Positions 45,801 through 54,063 of a DNA stretch of 64,000 nt are shown piece by piece. The first letter of the stretch is position 1. Every line of letters starts with the position of its first letter. A program made the position numbers and the translations under genes. The notes beneath the pieces are model-generated. The model had not been told where the DNA came from and ran no database searches. It saw only the letters and a program-made list of their open reading frames with translations. This stretch comes from a virus, in the IMG/VR virus record IMGVR_UViG_3300007504_000003, positions 32,001 to 96,000 of that record. One strand, written 5' to 3'.

Positions 45801-46949
45801 AAAACCCTGCAAGCATCGATGCTTCGATCTTACCTCTGGGGGGACGGCACCGTTGACACCCGAGGTCGCCATTCTGTGTCGTCCGTGTCGGAGACCCTGA
45901 TCAGCCAGATGCAAGTGGTGGCTGCTCGGTGTGGTTTCTGGACCCGACGGCAAGTGATTTTCGAGGGTCAATGTGTAGAGCTTCAGCAAGTCGTCAACGG
46001 GACAGCGGTGCCTGTTGGGTCTGACGGATTCCGTGCTCGTCATGAACTGCACATCCAGCCTTCTGATGAGGCCACGGCGTTTTTCGGATTGACTGAGGTT
46101 GGTAGTCGAGGTTTGACCCCGGCATGGCGTACCCATGAGGGGTACATGCTGTACCGGGTCCGGGATGTGTGGACGGAGTCCTATAAGGGGAAGGTTCACA
46201 ACATCGCAGTGGACACCGATCATTCGTATCTGGCGGAAGGGATTGCCGTACATAATTGCGGGCATCATTCCCTGGATGACACTGGCGGAGTGGTGTTCAT
46301 TGAGGCTTCCTGGGTGGGGAATCCTGCGTTCAAGGGAGCCGTTCTCCGGAACGTTCTTTCTCCTACTCAGGCGATTCCCCACAACAAGACTCTCCAAGAT
46401 GTGCTCTCCTCTCCTCCCCCGACCTGGACTGAGGGGGGGATGCCGCGAGCGGCGGCTCTAGCCTTCGACTTCGGTGATCCGGAGGATGGCGAGGAAGAGC
46501 AGGATTCTCCGAAGTCCCCTGCGCGTCCCTTGGACAAGACCAAGGAGAAGCTCAAGGAGAAGCTCATCAAGGATGTTCGTGAGGACATTGAGAAGGATTT
46601 GGAGGACGAGAAGCCTCCATCCTCGGATGAAGTCCACACCAACGACAATCTTCACAAGCAAGCTCAGGAGCGGGTAGAGAGGGTTCTCCTCCGTACCGCG
46701 AGTTCCGAGACCGATCTCATCAACAAGGTCGCTCTTCTGGATGCTGAGTTTGGCTGTGTTCAGCCTCGGGACACCTACCTGACTGCCCTCCGGGTTGGAG
46801 GGCAGGCATACCGCGACAACCCGGCTCGCTTCCTCTTGGCGTGTCAGGATCACACGGGACGCCGCTTTGGTATCCCAGAAGTCAAGGTGTTCCGACGCCT
46901 TGGAAGTCTCCTCTCCCTGCTGGAGAGCCCCCCCAACAAGACCCCCTAG
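42888..46949 (+). CDS. prohead (capsid maturation) protease with two inteins
   Basis: Spliced exteins HNF/CEH...KGRIIDA...TLSMGC...C-rich...EL/C...FIEASWVGNPAF fit an HK97/herpes-fold protease; sits just upstream of scaffold and MCP; about 464 aa spliced. Confidence 0.72.
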   Translation: MAFRKFANARVTHPRISSRGWGRVRTAARKKGGASPIASHDLASRASEILGERFDPDRYLLSHATIVASVDVEEVQGAKLGKVRVGSKTIDRRWGAYYINPACSDLVNNNGDAWSRKVLLASYPTFIGSHNFCFAAGTGILLSDGTYKAIEEVQVGDRVVTHTGACQAVTHKFERDYEGDIHAIGFDRFKDPVLVTGNHPFRGIQVSSAPVKPRSGSKASSTTRYYKDQVAKALRGDKHSLKDFKAESTWVRADQMRVGDRVLGPVREAGTHSDPGLAELLGYYLAEGCPLSPSSDQGFVLAFGHHEVDLARRAESLAYAVLNPSSVTVATVQTGIQVRVYSAEASRRMVSLGGHRAADKRLSEEVFSWDEESLLRLLAAWLAGDGNLHKATLRLRGTTTSEALAQQMQRVAELAGVKSFVMFEPQKIGEVQSRVVMTIGGEDRSFDVVPRHHVWTLVVSKGSTSQVASATPRWGTPLFDATAKRKRSELAWWGGCRTHRVASNETLPFRGKVYNIEVEGDHSYVIDYGIAVHNCEHVQVEELSKGRIIDAAARDIGRSVYVDILVATDRKHTQLVTDIESGKMGTLSMGCTTQTTQCTKCGNVAVDDTDTCDCIRYHKLDTFYDSQGQRRVIAELCFPPGIRVSIGDGSRVAIEDLQVGDVVLSHTGHRREVVEIFERDFDGDLVALDLVGLPQTLRSTPNHPFWVISQNDVCACGCGIKLKSVRKTFARGEYTRKYAPGHNPTNVVSLDAPSFDFVEAGNVRVGDMVAMPAPQGVVVPEDVDEDRARLLGWFLAEGCYIKKDGQRVGIQLTLNAEDEVGVAEALASLLSKCFTPEFNLQKATKVRLLEALAIPATTRQVSRRLGLREKTIQLALSGLRSEGLVSSRRLRASEKTQFGASGTNALVWERLSGAPADWFNLARVHCFDRVAEPGKKLVVCYTNRSAADWFYKHAGEYSGSKRLSEDAILWPKTLQASMLRSYLWGDGTVDTRGRHSVSSVSETLISQMQVVAARCGFWTRRQVIFEGQCVELQQVVNGTAVPVGSDGFRARHELHIQPSDEATAFFGLTEVGSRGLTPAWRTHEGYMLYRVRDVWTESYKGKVHNIAVDTDHSYLAEGIAVHNCGHHSLDDTGGVVFIEASWVGNPAFKGAVLRNVLSPTQAIPHNKTLQDVLSSPPPTWTEGGMPRAAALAFDFGDPEDGEEEQDSPKSPARPLDKTKEKLKEKLIKDVREDIEKDLEDEKPPSSDEVHTNDNLHKQAQERVERVLLRTASSETDLINKVALLDAEFGCVQPRDTYLTALRVGGQAYRDNPARFLLACQDHTGRRFGIPEVKVFRRLGSLLSLLESPPNKTP
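43284..44489 (+). mobile_element. intein 1 with LAGLIDADG endonuclease (402 aa)
   Basis: CFAAGT...VHN/C; LLGYYLAEG and LAAWLAGDG. Confidence 0.9.
44796..46256 (+). mobile_element. intein 2 with LAGLIDADG endonuclease (487 aa)
   Basis: CFPPG...VHN/C; LLGWFLAEG and LRSYLWGDG. Confidence 0.9.
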
Positions 46950-46959
46950 GAGTCTACTC

Positions 46960-48276
46960 ATGTCCAAGCGACAGCGCATGACCCAGAAGCAGGGCGAGGA
47001 CAAGGCCGCCGCTCTGCCTCCTGCACAGCCCACTGAGAGCGGTTGGCACCCCGCCCACCAGTCCGAGGATCCGGGCCTCCACGACTACGAGAACGGCGAC
47101 ACTTCCAAGTGGAAGGAAGACGTAGCTCAGCCCCCCTACCCCGAGGGTAAGCCCCCCGCCCAGCCCTCCGAGAGTGGCTGGCACCCCGCGGAGAAAGCCG
47201 CCGCGGATCAGATCCGCGTCGCCGCTACGGAGAAGGCTGCCAAGTGCATCCGGTTGGCTGAAGCCATGCTCCCCCCCGGCACCGACACCGCCGCGATCGA
47301 GGATCAGGCCCTCACCTTCATGGACATGGCCGACACGGCGATCGATCAGAGCCTCAGCCGCCTCGCGGCCGATGAGGAAGAGGAGGAAGAGGTGGATGAG
47401 GGCAAGAAGGCGGAGACCCAGGTCACCGCGTCGGACCAGAAGATCGCGGAGCTGACCTCCCTGGTCCAGAGCCTCGCGGCTTCCGTCCAGGGTCTCATGA
47501 CTGCGAAGAAGGCCGAGGTCGCTCCCGCGGCGGTCGAGACCCCCGTCGAGAAGAAGGCCGAGGAGGTCGATTCCGACGAGGCTCTCCTCAAGAAGATGCT
47601 GGCGGAAGAGGCGGCTCGCCCCGATCCCGATGAGGCCCTCCTTCAGCAGATGCTCGCTGAAGAGAAGGCCGCTTCGGATCCCGATGAGGTTCTGCTTCAG
47701 CAGATGCTCGCGGAGGAGACCGCTGGGAAGAAGGCCGAGATCGATCCCGATGAGGCCCTCCTTCAGCAGATGCTCGCGGAAGAGGAGGATGACTCCGACG
47801 ACGACAGCGAGGATGACTCCGACGATGACAGCGGGGAGTCCGACGACGACGCCGGGAAGAAGGCCGAGGAGGTCGCTGAGACCGGCAAGGCTGCCGAGGA
47901 GGCTGACAAGGCTGCCTGCGGTGAGATGGCGGACATGGGCCTGGACGATCTGCTCGCGGAGCCCGAGGAAGAGGACATGCTCGACATGGGCATGGCCGAG
48001 GACCCGATGGGCCTCATGAGCGACGAGGTCCCCTACCCTGAGGATGACTCGGTGCTCTCCGCCATCTTCGCGGAGGAGGCCCGCTCCTCGATGGGCCTGG
48101 AGTCCGACTCCACCGCCGCGGACACCATCAACAAGGCCGCCGCTCAGACCCCCCGCCCCCGCAAGGCGTCCAAGGGTCCGAAGACCGTGGGTGCTCAGGT
48201 CCGCACCGCGTCCGCGGACGTGGACCTGGAAGGTCTCTGGGAGACCAAGCCCGATATCAGTCAGGTGTTCTCCTGA
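46960..48276 (+). CDS. capsid scaffolding protein
   Basis: Very acidic, repetitive, between protease and MCP; ATG 46960 follows GGAG; strongly C/G-ending codons. Confidence 0.72.
   Translation: MSKRQRMTQKQGEDKAAALPPAQPTESGWHPAHQSEDPGLHDYENGDTSKWKEDVAQPPYPEGKPPAQPSESGWHPAEKAAADQIRVAATEKAAKCIRLAEAMLPPGTDTAAIEDQALTFMDMADTAIDQSLSRLAADEEEEEEVDEGKKAETQVTASDQKIAELTSLVQSLAASVQGLMTAKKAEVAPAAVETPVEKKAEEVDSDEALLKKMLAEEAARPDPDEALLQQMLAEEKAASDPDEVLLQQMLAEETAGKKAEIDPDEALLQQMLAEEEDDSDDDSEDDSDDDSGESDDDAGKKAEEVAETGKAAEEADKAACGEMADMGLDDLLAEPEEEDMLDMGMAEDPMGLMSDEVPYPEDDSVLSAIFAEEARSSMGLESDSTAADTINKAAAQTPRPRKASKGPKTVGAQVRTASADVDLEGLWETKPDISQVFS
47569..47790 (+). repeat. four in-frame D[SP]DE[AV]LL[QK][QK]MLAEE repeats
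   Basis: Visible in translation and DNA (gatcccgatgaggccctccttcagcagatgctcgc). Confidence 0.85.
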
Positions 48277-48464
48277 TTTGATTGCGTCCCCCTGGGGCGG
48301 CGAGTTTCGCCTCAGGGGAGCGTGAGCCCCCTCGGGATGGGCTGAAAGTCTCGATAACATGTAAATACGACAAACATGTATAGGTGAACCCGGTCGGTCT
48401 GAGCGGGTGAATCAAACTCAACCCCCTCTCCCCTGTAAACAGGGAGCACGAGCCCGGAGAAATC

Positions 48465-49127
48465 ATGGCTTTGCTTGGACAGGCGAGCGGTGCGTGGACT
48501 GAGTCGAGCAGCGCCCTGAGGATCCTCTACAAGGGGATCAACAACTCGGTGGGCATCCTGACCGATGATAGCTTCACGCAGACCAACCCGCCGATCGTCA
48601 CCGCAACCTCTACCATCGCTTCCAACGTGGACACCAGCCTCCTGGGCGTCCTCAGCGGCTCGGTGGCCTTCACCCGCCCCGATGAGGGCAGCAACTACAT
48701 CGGCGGCAACGCCGAGGGTCTCGCGACCGCCAGCCACGAGCTGATCGTCCGTCCCCTGGGGCTGTTCATCAACAACGCGGCGGGCAACTCTTTCGAGAAC
48801 CAGCCGGCGTCCGCCAGCGGCAAGGGGCCCTACGTCTCCGGCCAGGGCACCTACGCCAGCCAGCTCTTTGAGACCCAGCTCCTCAGCGGCACCGGCCTCA
48901 CCGGATCCGCTGGCGACGATATCAGCTACCTGACGGGCCTCTCCCTGGTGGCGAGCCGCAACGGCTACCTCCAGCCGTCCTACGATCTCACCAACACTGA
49001 GACGATGGACGTGGCTTCTGTGGCTGCCGAGGTCGAGCACGGCCAGTCGGCGTCCACCGTCATCGGAATCCTCAAGATGCCCTCGGATGCCACGCAGGCC
49101 GAGATCGTCTTCGACCAGCGCATCTGA
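48465..49127 (+). CDS. probable head decoration/minor capsid protein
   Basis: Between scaffold and MCP; G/S/T-rich; high-expression codon bias. Confidence 0.6.
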   Translation: MALLGQASGAWTESSSALRILYKGINNSVGILTDDSFTQTNPPIVTATSTIASNVDTSLLGVLSGSVAFTRPDEGSNYIGGNAEGLATASHELIVRPLGLFINNAAGNSFENQPASASGKGPYVSGQGTYASQLFETQLLSGTGLTGSAGDDISYLTGLSLVASRNGYLQPSYDLTNTETMDVASVAAEVEHGQSASTVIGILKMPSDATQAEIVFDQRI

Positions 49128-49140
49128 GGAGGGAGACACA

Positions 49141-50016
49141 ATGGCAAAGGTAAGCAACGCTGTCAAGCAGCGGATCATCAGCGAGTACATCAAGACCCCC
49201 CGCGGTCGTGCTCGCCTCGCAGCCTCCATGACGCAGCCCCTCCGGATGCGTCGGGACTACTCGGCGGTCGGTCGCAAGACCTTCCTCGTCGAGGATCTCC
49301 CCGATGGAGCCCTCCCGATCTACGACAAGGATCCGGAAGTCACCGCCTACGTGGTGGGCGAGGAAGGTGAGAACATCCTCGCCATCCAGAAGCCGCGTCG
49401 GGTGCTCTTCCCCCTGTTCGAGATCGCGTCGAACCCCGAGATCCCGCTCACGCAGATCAAGGAACGCCGGTTCGACATGATCGACCGGGCCCAGGTGCTC
49501 GCGAAGTCGCAGGTCCAGGCCGCCGAGGACGAGCGTGTCTTCGCCGTGCTGGACGCCATCGCGACCAACGGCTTCGACTCCGTGGCGGGCGGCACCAACG
49601 CCGATATCCCCGTCATCGCGCCGCTGTCCGCCGCGGTCATCGCTGACGCGATGGGTCTCGTCGAGCGGCACGACCTCCACGCCGCTCGGATCTACATGAA
49701 CCAGCGGGACTTCACGGATATCCGGAAGTTCGGCCGCGACGTGTTCGACCCCGAGAGCCAGCGGGAGCTGGTCCGCACCGGCCTCGTCGGCACCATCTAC
49801 GGCTGCCAGATCGTGACCTCCCGCCTCGTCCCGGTGGGCACGGTGTACGTGTGTTGCGATCCCGAGATGTTCGGCCGCATCCCCGTCCGCACCGAGCTGA
49901 CGGTGCTCTCGGCCGACGACCCGAAGGCCCGGACCATCGGCTTCAGTATTTTCGAGAACCTCGGTCTGGGTGCCTACAACCCCCGGGGCCTCGCTCGGAT
50001 GACGATCACTCGCTGA
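49141..50016 (+). CDS. major capsid protein (HK97 fold)
   Basis: 291 aa; GAGGAGGG RBS; position; GTIYGCQIVTSRLVPVG C-terminal pattern; followed by a strong hairpin. Confidence 0.82.
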   Translation: MAKVSNAVKQRIISEYIKTPRGRARLAASMTQPLRMRRDYSAVGRKTFLVEDLPDGALPIYDKDPEVTAYVVGEEGENILAIQKPRRVLFPLFEIASNPEIPLTQIKERRFDMIDRAQVLAKSQVQAAEDERVFAVLDAIATNGFDSVAGGTNADIPVIAPLSAAVIADAMGLVERHDLHAARIYMNQRDFTDIRKFGRDVFDPESQRELVRTGLVGTIYGCQIVTSRLVPVGTVYVCCDPEMFGRIPVRTELTVLSADDPKARTIGFSIFENLGLGAYNPRGLARMTITR

Positions 50017-50037
50017 TTGGCCTGCTGAGCGAGTCTA

Positions 50038-50073
50038 CGAGGCCCGGCCTTCCCACCAGGAGGCCGGGCCTCG
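50038..50073 (+). terminator. 13-bp hairpin, probable terminator of the capsid operon
   Basis: cgaggcccggcct / aggccgggcctcg; the T-rich tract starts about 12 nt later. Confidence 0.6.
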
Positions 50074-50181
50074 CCGCGTCTGGTCTTTACTTAATGTTCC
50101 TTTCTGTTTTTGTTCTCGGACAAAGTATACACATGTCGCAAGGGGTGTATACTTCTGCTCGAATGAGCGGGATATGGTACA

Positions 50182-52083
50182 TTGATTACCGAAGAAGAAT
50201 TACGGCGTCTCTACTGCGACGATTTGAAGTCCGAACAAGAGATTGCGGAAGCCTTTGGCACCTATCAGGTGAAGGTGGGTCGGCTTCGCCGCAAATTTGG
50301 TATCCCGACCATCAGTAAGGCCCAACGACTTGAACGTCAGTTGCCACCTTTGACGACATTCCAGGTGGAACTCCTGGTGGGTTCGCTCTTGGGTGACGGG
50401 CACATGAAAGAGTCGAGTAGGGCTTCAGCTCGGTTTATCGAACGTCATGGAGAGTCTCAGGCTCCCTACCTCATGTGGAAAGCGGGCTTGCTGGGTGACT
50501 ACATCTCCAGCACCTACCCCACCGTGAAGCGGCTACCTGACGGTCGCGAGTTTCATGGCATGGAACTGAACACTAAAAGTTGCCCCCAGCTCCGAGGGCT
50601 GTTCGACTTGTTTTACCAGAGCGGGAAGAAGGTGTTTCCCGCCAGTCTCCCAGATCTGATGACACCAATGGTTTTGGCGGTCTGGTACCTGGACGATGGT
50701 TCCTTAGCCTCTAACTATCACCCCAGGATTCACTTCGGTCTCGGCTCCAGAAGCCTCAAACGGGCTGTGAAAGCCCTGAGGCGGTTGGGTCTGAAACCAG
50801 ATCATCGTGGTGAGAATGGGGACCAGATGATTTCGTTCCCAGGACAGGGCAGGAAGTTCTTTGACTTGGTCCGGCCACACATCCCAGATTGTATGAGCTA
50901 CAAGGTCCCCAGGACGGATTCACCTCGTCGTGTTCAGGACCGGAATGCGTCTCAGGTGACCCCTGAGATGGTGGGCCGGCTTTACTCTGATGGGATGTCT
51001 TTGGGTGCCATCGCCCGACGATACGGGGTGGGCCGCTCCACAGTCCATCGTCGTTTGAAAGCCGTGGGTGCTACACCACGTCGGATGGGGAGGCCCAGAG
51101 CCGGATACACGGTGGAGTCCGCTACTGTCCTCCTCGGAAATCTCGATCCGATTCTGGGTACTGACCAGTTGCTTGAGGAAGCCTTGCGGATCCTCAAAAA
51201 GACTCCGTTTCCTTTCCCGGCTCCGATGGACGAGACGGAGGCTCACAAGGAGCTGGCTCGGGTTCAGAAGTCCAAATCCGGGATCACTTCCTGGACCCCT
51301 GTTGGGGTGCGGGTGTGTAACAGCCTCTTCCCCAACAGGTACAAGGCTACCTACAAGAGCAACGTCTCTGCGTGGGAGGGCTGGCATGACGAGAAGCACC
51401 TTCGTAGGGCGATCAGGTTCCAGGTTCGGGTGGGAGATCCGGTCATCCCGAAGAGAGTTTTGAGAGCCTTGACCGCCAACTGTCGGACGCCCTCGGTCTT
51501 CCGTCCCGTGGTAGCCAGATACCTGTACGAGACCTACTGCCCCTCTGGTGGGGTGGTCTGGGATCCCTGCTCAGGGTACGGTGGGCGGCTCCTGGGGGCT
51601 CTCGCGGCGGGTGTTGGGAAGTATATCGGGACGGACGTGGAGCCTGAGACAGTGGGGGGGAACCGTCGTTTGGCTGCTCTCCTGGGCATGGAAGACCGGG
51701 CTGAGATTCATCTGAACCCCGCTGAGACGTTTGATCCCGGTCCTGTGGACTTGGTCTTTACGTCCCCTCCCTACTTCAACCTGGAGCTGTACGGGAGATC
51801 GCGGGATCAATCGTCGGTGACGAATTCTGGTTTTGAGGAGTGGGTCTCTGGGTTTCTGGTTCCGGTCCTCGTCACGGCGTACAGGAGGCTCCCAGATGGC
51901 GGTGTGTTGGTCCTGAACGTCACCGATGTTCGCCAGGGTAGGAAGACCTTCCCCCTGGTCGAAGCAGCCATCAGGGAGGCTGTGACGGCGGGTTTCAAGC
52001 ATGAGGACACCCTCCGGATGCCTTTGGCGAGCTTAAACCGGAAGAACGCCTCGGAGCCTTTGCTGGTGTTCCGACGACGATGA
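50182..52083 (+). CDS. HTH + LAGLIDADG endonuclease + HTH fused to amino-DNA methyltransferase
   Basis: LVGSLLGDG and LAVWYLDDG; MTase motif I WDPCSGYGG, motif IV FTSPPY; one continuous ORF. Confidence 0.85.
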   Translation: MITEEELRRLYCDDLKSEQEIAEAFGTYQVKVGRLRRKFGIPTISKAQRLERQLPPLTTFQVELLVGSLLGDGHMKESSRASARFIERHGESQAPYLMWKAGLLGDYISSTYPTVKRLPDGREFHGMELNTKSCPQLRGLFDLFYQSGKKVFPASLPDLMTPMVLAVWYLDDGSLASNYHPRIHFGLGSRSLKRAVKALRRLGLKPDHRGENGDQMISFPGQGRKFFDLVRPHIPDCMSYKVPRTDSPRRVQDRNASQVTPEMVGRLYSDGMSLGAIARRYGVGRSTVHRRLKAVGATPRRMGRPRAGYTVESATVLLGNLDPILGTDQLLEEALRILKKTPFPFPAPMDETEAHKELARVQKSKSGITSWTPVGVRVCNSLFPNRYKATYKSNVSAWEGWHDEKHLRRAIRFQVRVGDPVIPKRVLRALTANCRTPSVFRPVVARYLYETYCPSGGVVWDPCSGYGGRLLGALAAGVGKYIGTDVEPETVGGNRRLAALLGMEDRAEIHLNPAETFDPGPVDLVFTSPPYFNLELYGRSRDQSSVTNSGFEEWVSGFLVPVLVTAYRRLPDGGVLVLNVTDVRQGRKTFPLVEAAIREAVTAGFKHEDTLRMPLASLNRKNASEPLLVFRRR

Positions 52084-52084
52084 G

Positions 52085-52909
52085 ATGGTTCGGTATGCTC
52101 CCTATGGGAGACCTCCAGTAAACGCTGAGGTCTCCCTATGTCTGACTCCACCCTCCCCTCTCGCTTGTTCAGGTAGAGCCCACAAGTTCGACGCCTGGGG
52201 TCGTATGGGGAGACAGGAGAAGCCTGTGACCCCAGGAGAACTATCCAGTCCGCCTCAGCCCCGTCGATCCGTGAATGCCGGCATTCCTGGCATGATGCCC
52301 TTGTTGCCCGGCGGTAATTTCTTGTCGGGTCAGATCACGCAGGTCATGGGTTCCTTTGATCTGCTCAGGTGGTTCCGCGAGATGGTGTGGCGGCACCATG
52401 CCGAGCAGGAGGGTTCCCCGGTGGTTCACGTCACTTCCCGAGGGTCTCTCGTTTCGACTCGGGTGGCCGGTTCAGAGGATTGGGTCAAAGGAGCCCGGGT
52501 TGATGTGGTGGAGAACTTCTGGAGGGCAACCGATCTCGCGGTAGCGGCGGGCTCTCCGCTGGTACTCGCGGACGTGGAATTTCTCCCGAAAATCACTCAC
52601 CCGGCGGCACCCGGGCCTGTTTATAGGGCCAAGATGACCTCGGTGTTTGTCCAGAATATTGGCCCTCGCTTGGAATCTACCGGGGCAGCCTTACTCGTCT
52701 TGACGGAAGCGAAGGATCACCGAAACGTGGCGGGGTCAAGGGTGTGGGGCTTCGCATCCTCGGAACGTTTCTTCTTGTCGCGAGAAGACGGTGGGATCAA
52801 GATCGAGTGCCTGAAGCCCCGGAGCGGGCTTTCTTTTGGGGCTTCCGTGGTGGTCTGCCCGGAGACCGGCTTGCTGCGCTCTTCCTCTTTGCCGGAGGCA
52901 GGAGCGTAG
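52085..52909 (+). CDS. degenerate RecA-like protein lacking Walker A (true start probably 52271-52292)
   Basis: LPGGNFLSGQITQVMG, LVLAD, AGSRVWGFASSERF parallel RecA motifs. Confidence 0.45.
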   Translation: MVRYAPYGRPPVNAEVSLCLTPPSPLACSGRAHKFDAWGRMGRQEKPVTPGELSSPPQPRRSVNAGIPGMMPLLPGGNFLSGQITQVMGSFDLLRWFREMVWRHHAEQEGSPVVHVTSRGSLVSTRVAGSEDWVKGARVDVVENFWRATDLAVAAGSPLVLADVEFLPKITHPAAPGPVYRAKMTSVFVQNIGPRLESTGAALLVLTEAKDHRNVAGSRVWGFASSERFFLSREDGGIKIECLKPRSGLSFGASVVVCPETGLLRSSSLPEAGA

Positions 52910-52910
52910 C

Positions 52911-53366
52911 GTGGATAAGCTCACGGAGACTCTTCCTCACCCGATCCCGGCTGACAGCTTTCTCCGGTGTCAAGCGTGTGGGATCACCTACGACGATATC
53001 TGCTACCTGAACCTCTGGTGGGAGGCTGACGAGGACGATGAGTGGGAGGATACCTCCCCTGCCGTCTTGGTCTGCAAAGCGGACCCGTGCAAGCAGGTGA
53101 TTCTGGACCACGAGCGGCTGTATGCAGAGATGCCCTGGTCTCGCGGGGGCCCCGGTCGGTTTATGCTCGTCTGCGGGACTTGTCCCCACCGGGAGGGGAC
53201 TACATGTACCCACCCCAAGCTGACTGCGAATGGCGGGGAAGGGCTGCTGGTTACCGCGAGCCAGATTCTTCCTTCGGTCCATATCAACCGAGGTCCCGGT
53301 CGTTCCGGGTGGTTGCCCTTTACTCCAGCGACGAAGTGTGAGGGCAACCCGGACGGAGGGGCTTGA
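52911..53366 (+). CDS. Cys-rich hypothetical protein
   Basis: CQAC, C..DPC, CGTC...CTH. Confidence 0.55.
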   Translation: MDKLTETLPHPIPADSFLRCQACGITYDDICYLNLWWEADEDDEWEDTSPAVLVCKADPCKQVILDHERLYAEMPWSRGGPGRFMLVCGTCPHREGTTCTHPKLTANGGEGLLVTASQILPSVHINRGPGRSGWLPFTPATKCEGNPDGGA

Positions 53367-53441
53367 ACTTTTGGTGTAATCTGTCTTACATCAATGAACC
53401 GTCGGCTTCCGGTTTGGGATCAGTTGTGGTCTCATGCGTCC

Positions 53442-54062
53442 ATGAGAATGATCACCCTCTTGGCAGCCTTCCTCTTCACCTTTATCCCCGTTGCGGGGGC
53501 CAGCGGGAGCTATTCCGGGGTCTCCTTTCAGGACGATGAAGTCTCGTTCTCGGTCAGCGAGATCAACGGGCTTCTGGTTCTGAGTATCGGTGAAGCCTTT
53601 GAGCAGATCTGGGAGTCCTACGACGCTGACCACAGCGAGATGACCACCCCGCTCCAGGTGCCTTCCACCGGGACTTTGGTGAGTCTGGATCCTGAGGCGG
53701 TTTACTACCGCTATGAGGCGGGGGAGGATCCGGAAGAGGTCTCCGTTGATGAGATGCTGGGCTTCCTGGGCAGCGAGGTGGTTTGGGTGTCCAAGGTGCT
53801 TCCGGACGGCACCTATGCCAATCTCTTCGTTTGCTCTTCCGGGATGGCGTTTCCGAAGGAGTACGACTCCTCGGGCGGGCCTGGGTCGGGCATCTGGGTA
53901 GGCAAGTGCGGTGGGGTGTTGTACTCTGCGACCAAGCCTTCCCAGGCAGGGGGTACGGGCTCCTCGATGGGCTCCCTTCTGTACAGCCCGATCGTGACGG
54001 TGAGCAATCCCTGTTGGTTTGAGCTATGGCCGGGAGTCCATGAGCCTCCCTGGTGTGGCTAG
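53442..54062 (+). CDS. putative exported protein
   Basis: MRMITLLAAFLFTFIPVAGA signal-peptide-like start; acidic body. Confidence 0.55.
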   Translation: MRMITLLAAFLFTFIPVAGASGSYSGVSFQDDEVSFSVSEINGLLVLSIGEAFEQIWESYDADHSEMTTPLQVPSTGTLVSLDPEAVYYRYEAGEDPEEVSVDEMLGFLGSEVVWVSKVLPDGTYANLFVCSSGMAFPKEYDSSGGPGSGIWVGKCGGVLYSATKPSQAGGTGSSMGSLLYSPIVTVSNPCWFELWPGVHEPPWCG

Positions 54063-54063
54063 C

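Noticed and set aside
40303-47790. Tandem repeats as CRISPR arrays
   Set aside because: In frame, inside CDSs, with no unique spacers.
46954-48360. Long antisense and alternate-frame ORFs (e.g. 46954..48360 -, 18485..19810 -, 13652..14776 -, 26959..28002 -)
   Set aside because: They shadow well-supported + strand genes, have no motifs or RBS, and are expected from GC-rich codon bias.
50125-50153. Sigma70 promoter for the endonuclease-MTase (TATACT at 50148)
   Set aside because: No credible -35 hexamer at 17-bp spacing.
51500-51530. PVVARYL in the methyltransferase as a copy of the tag
   Set aside because: It matches the F.P..A..[IL]Y segment that precedes motif I within the MTase fold, and its spacing differs from RVAxRYL.
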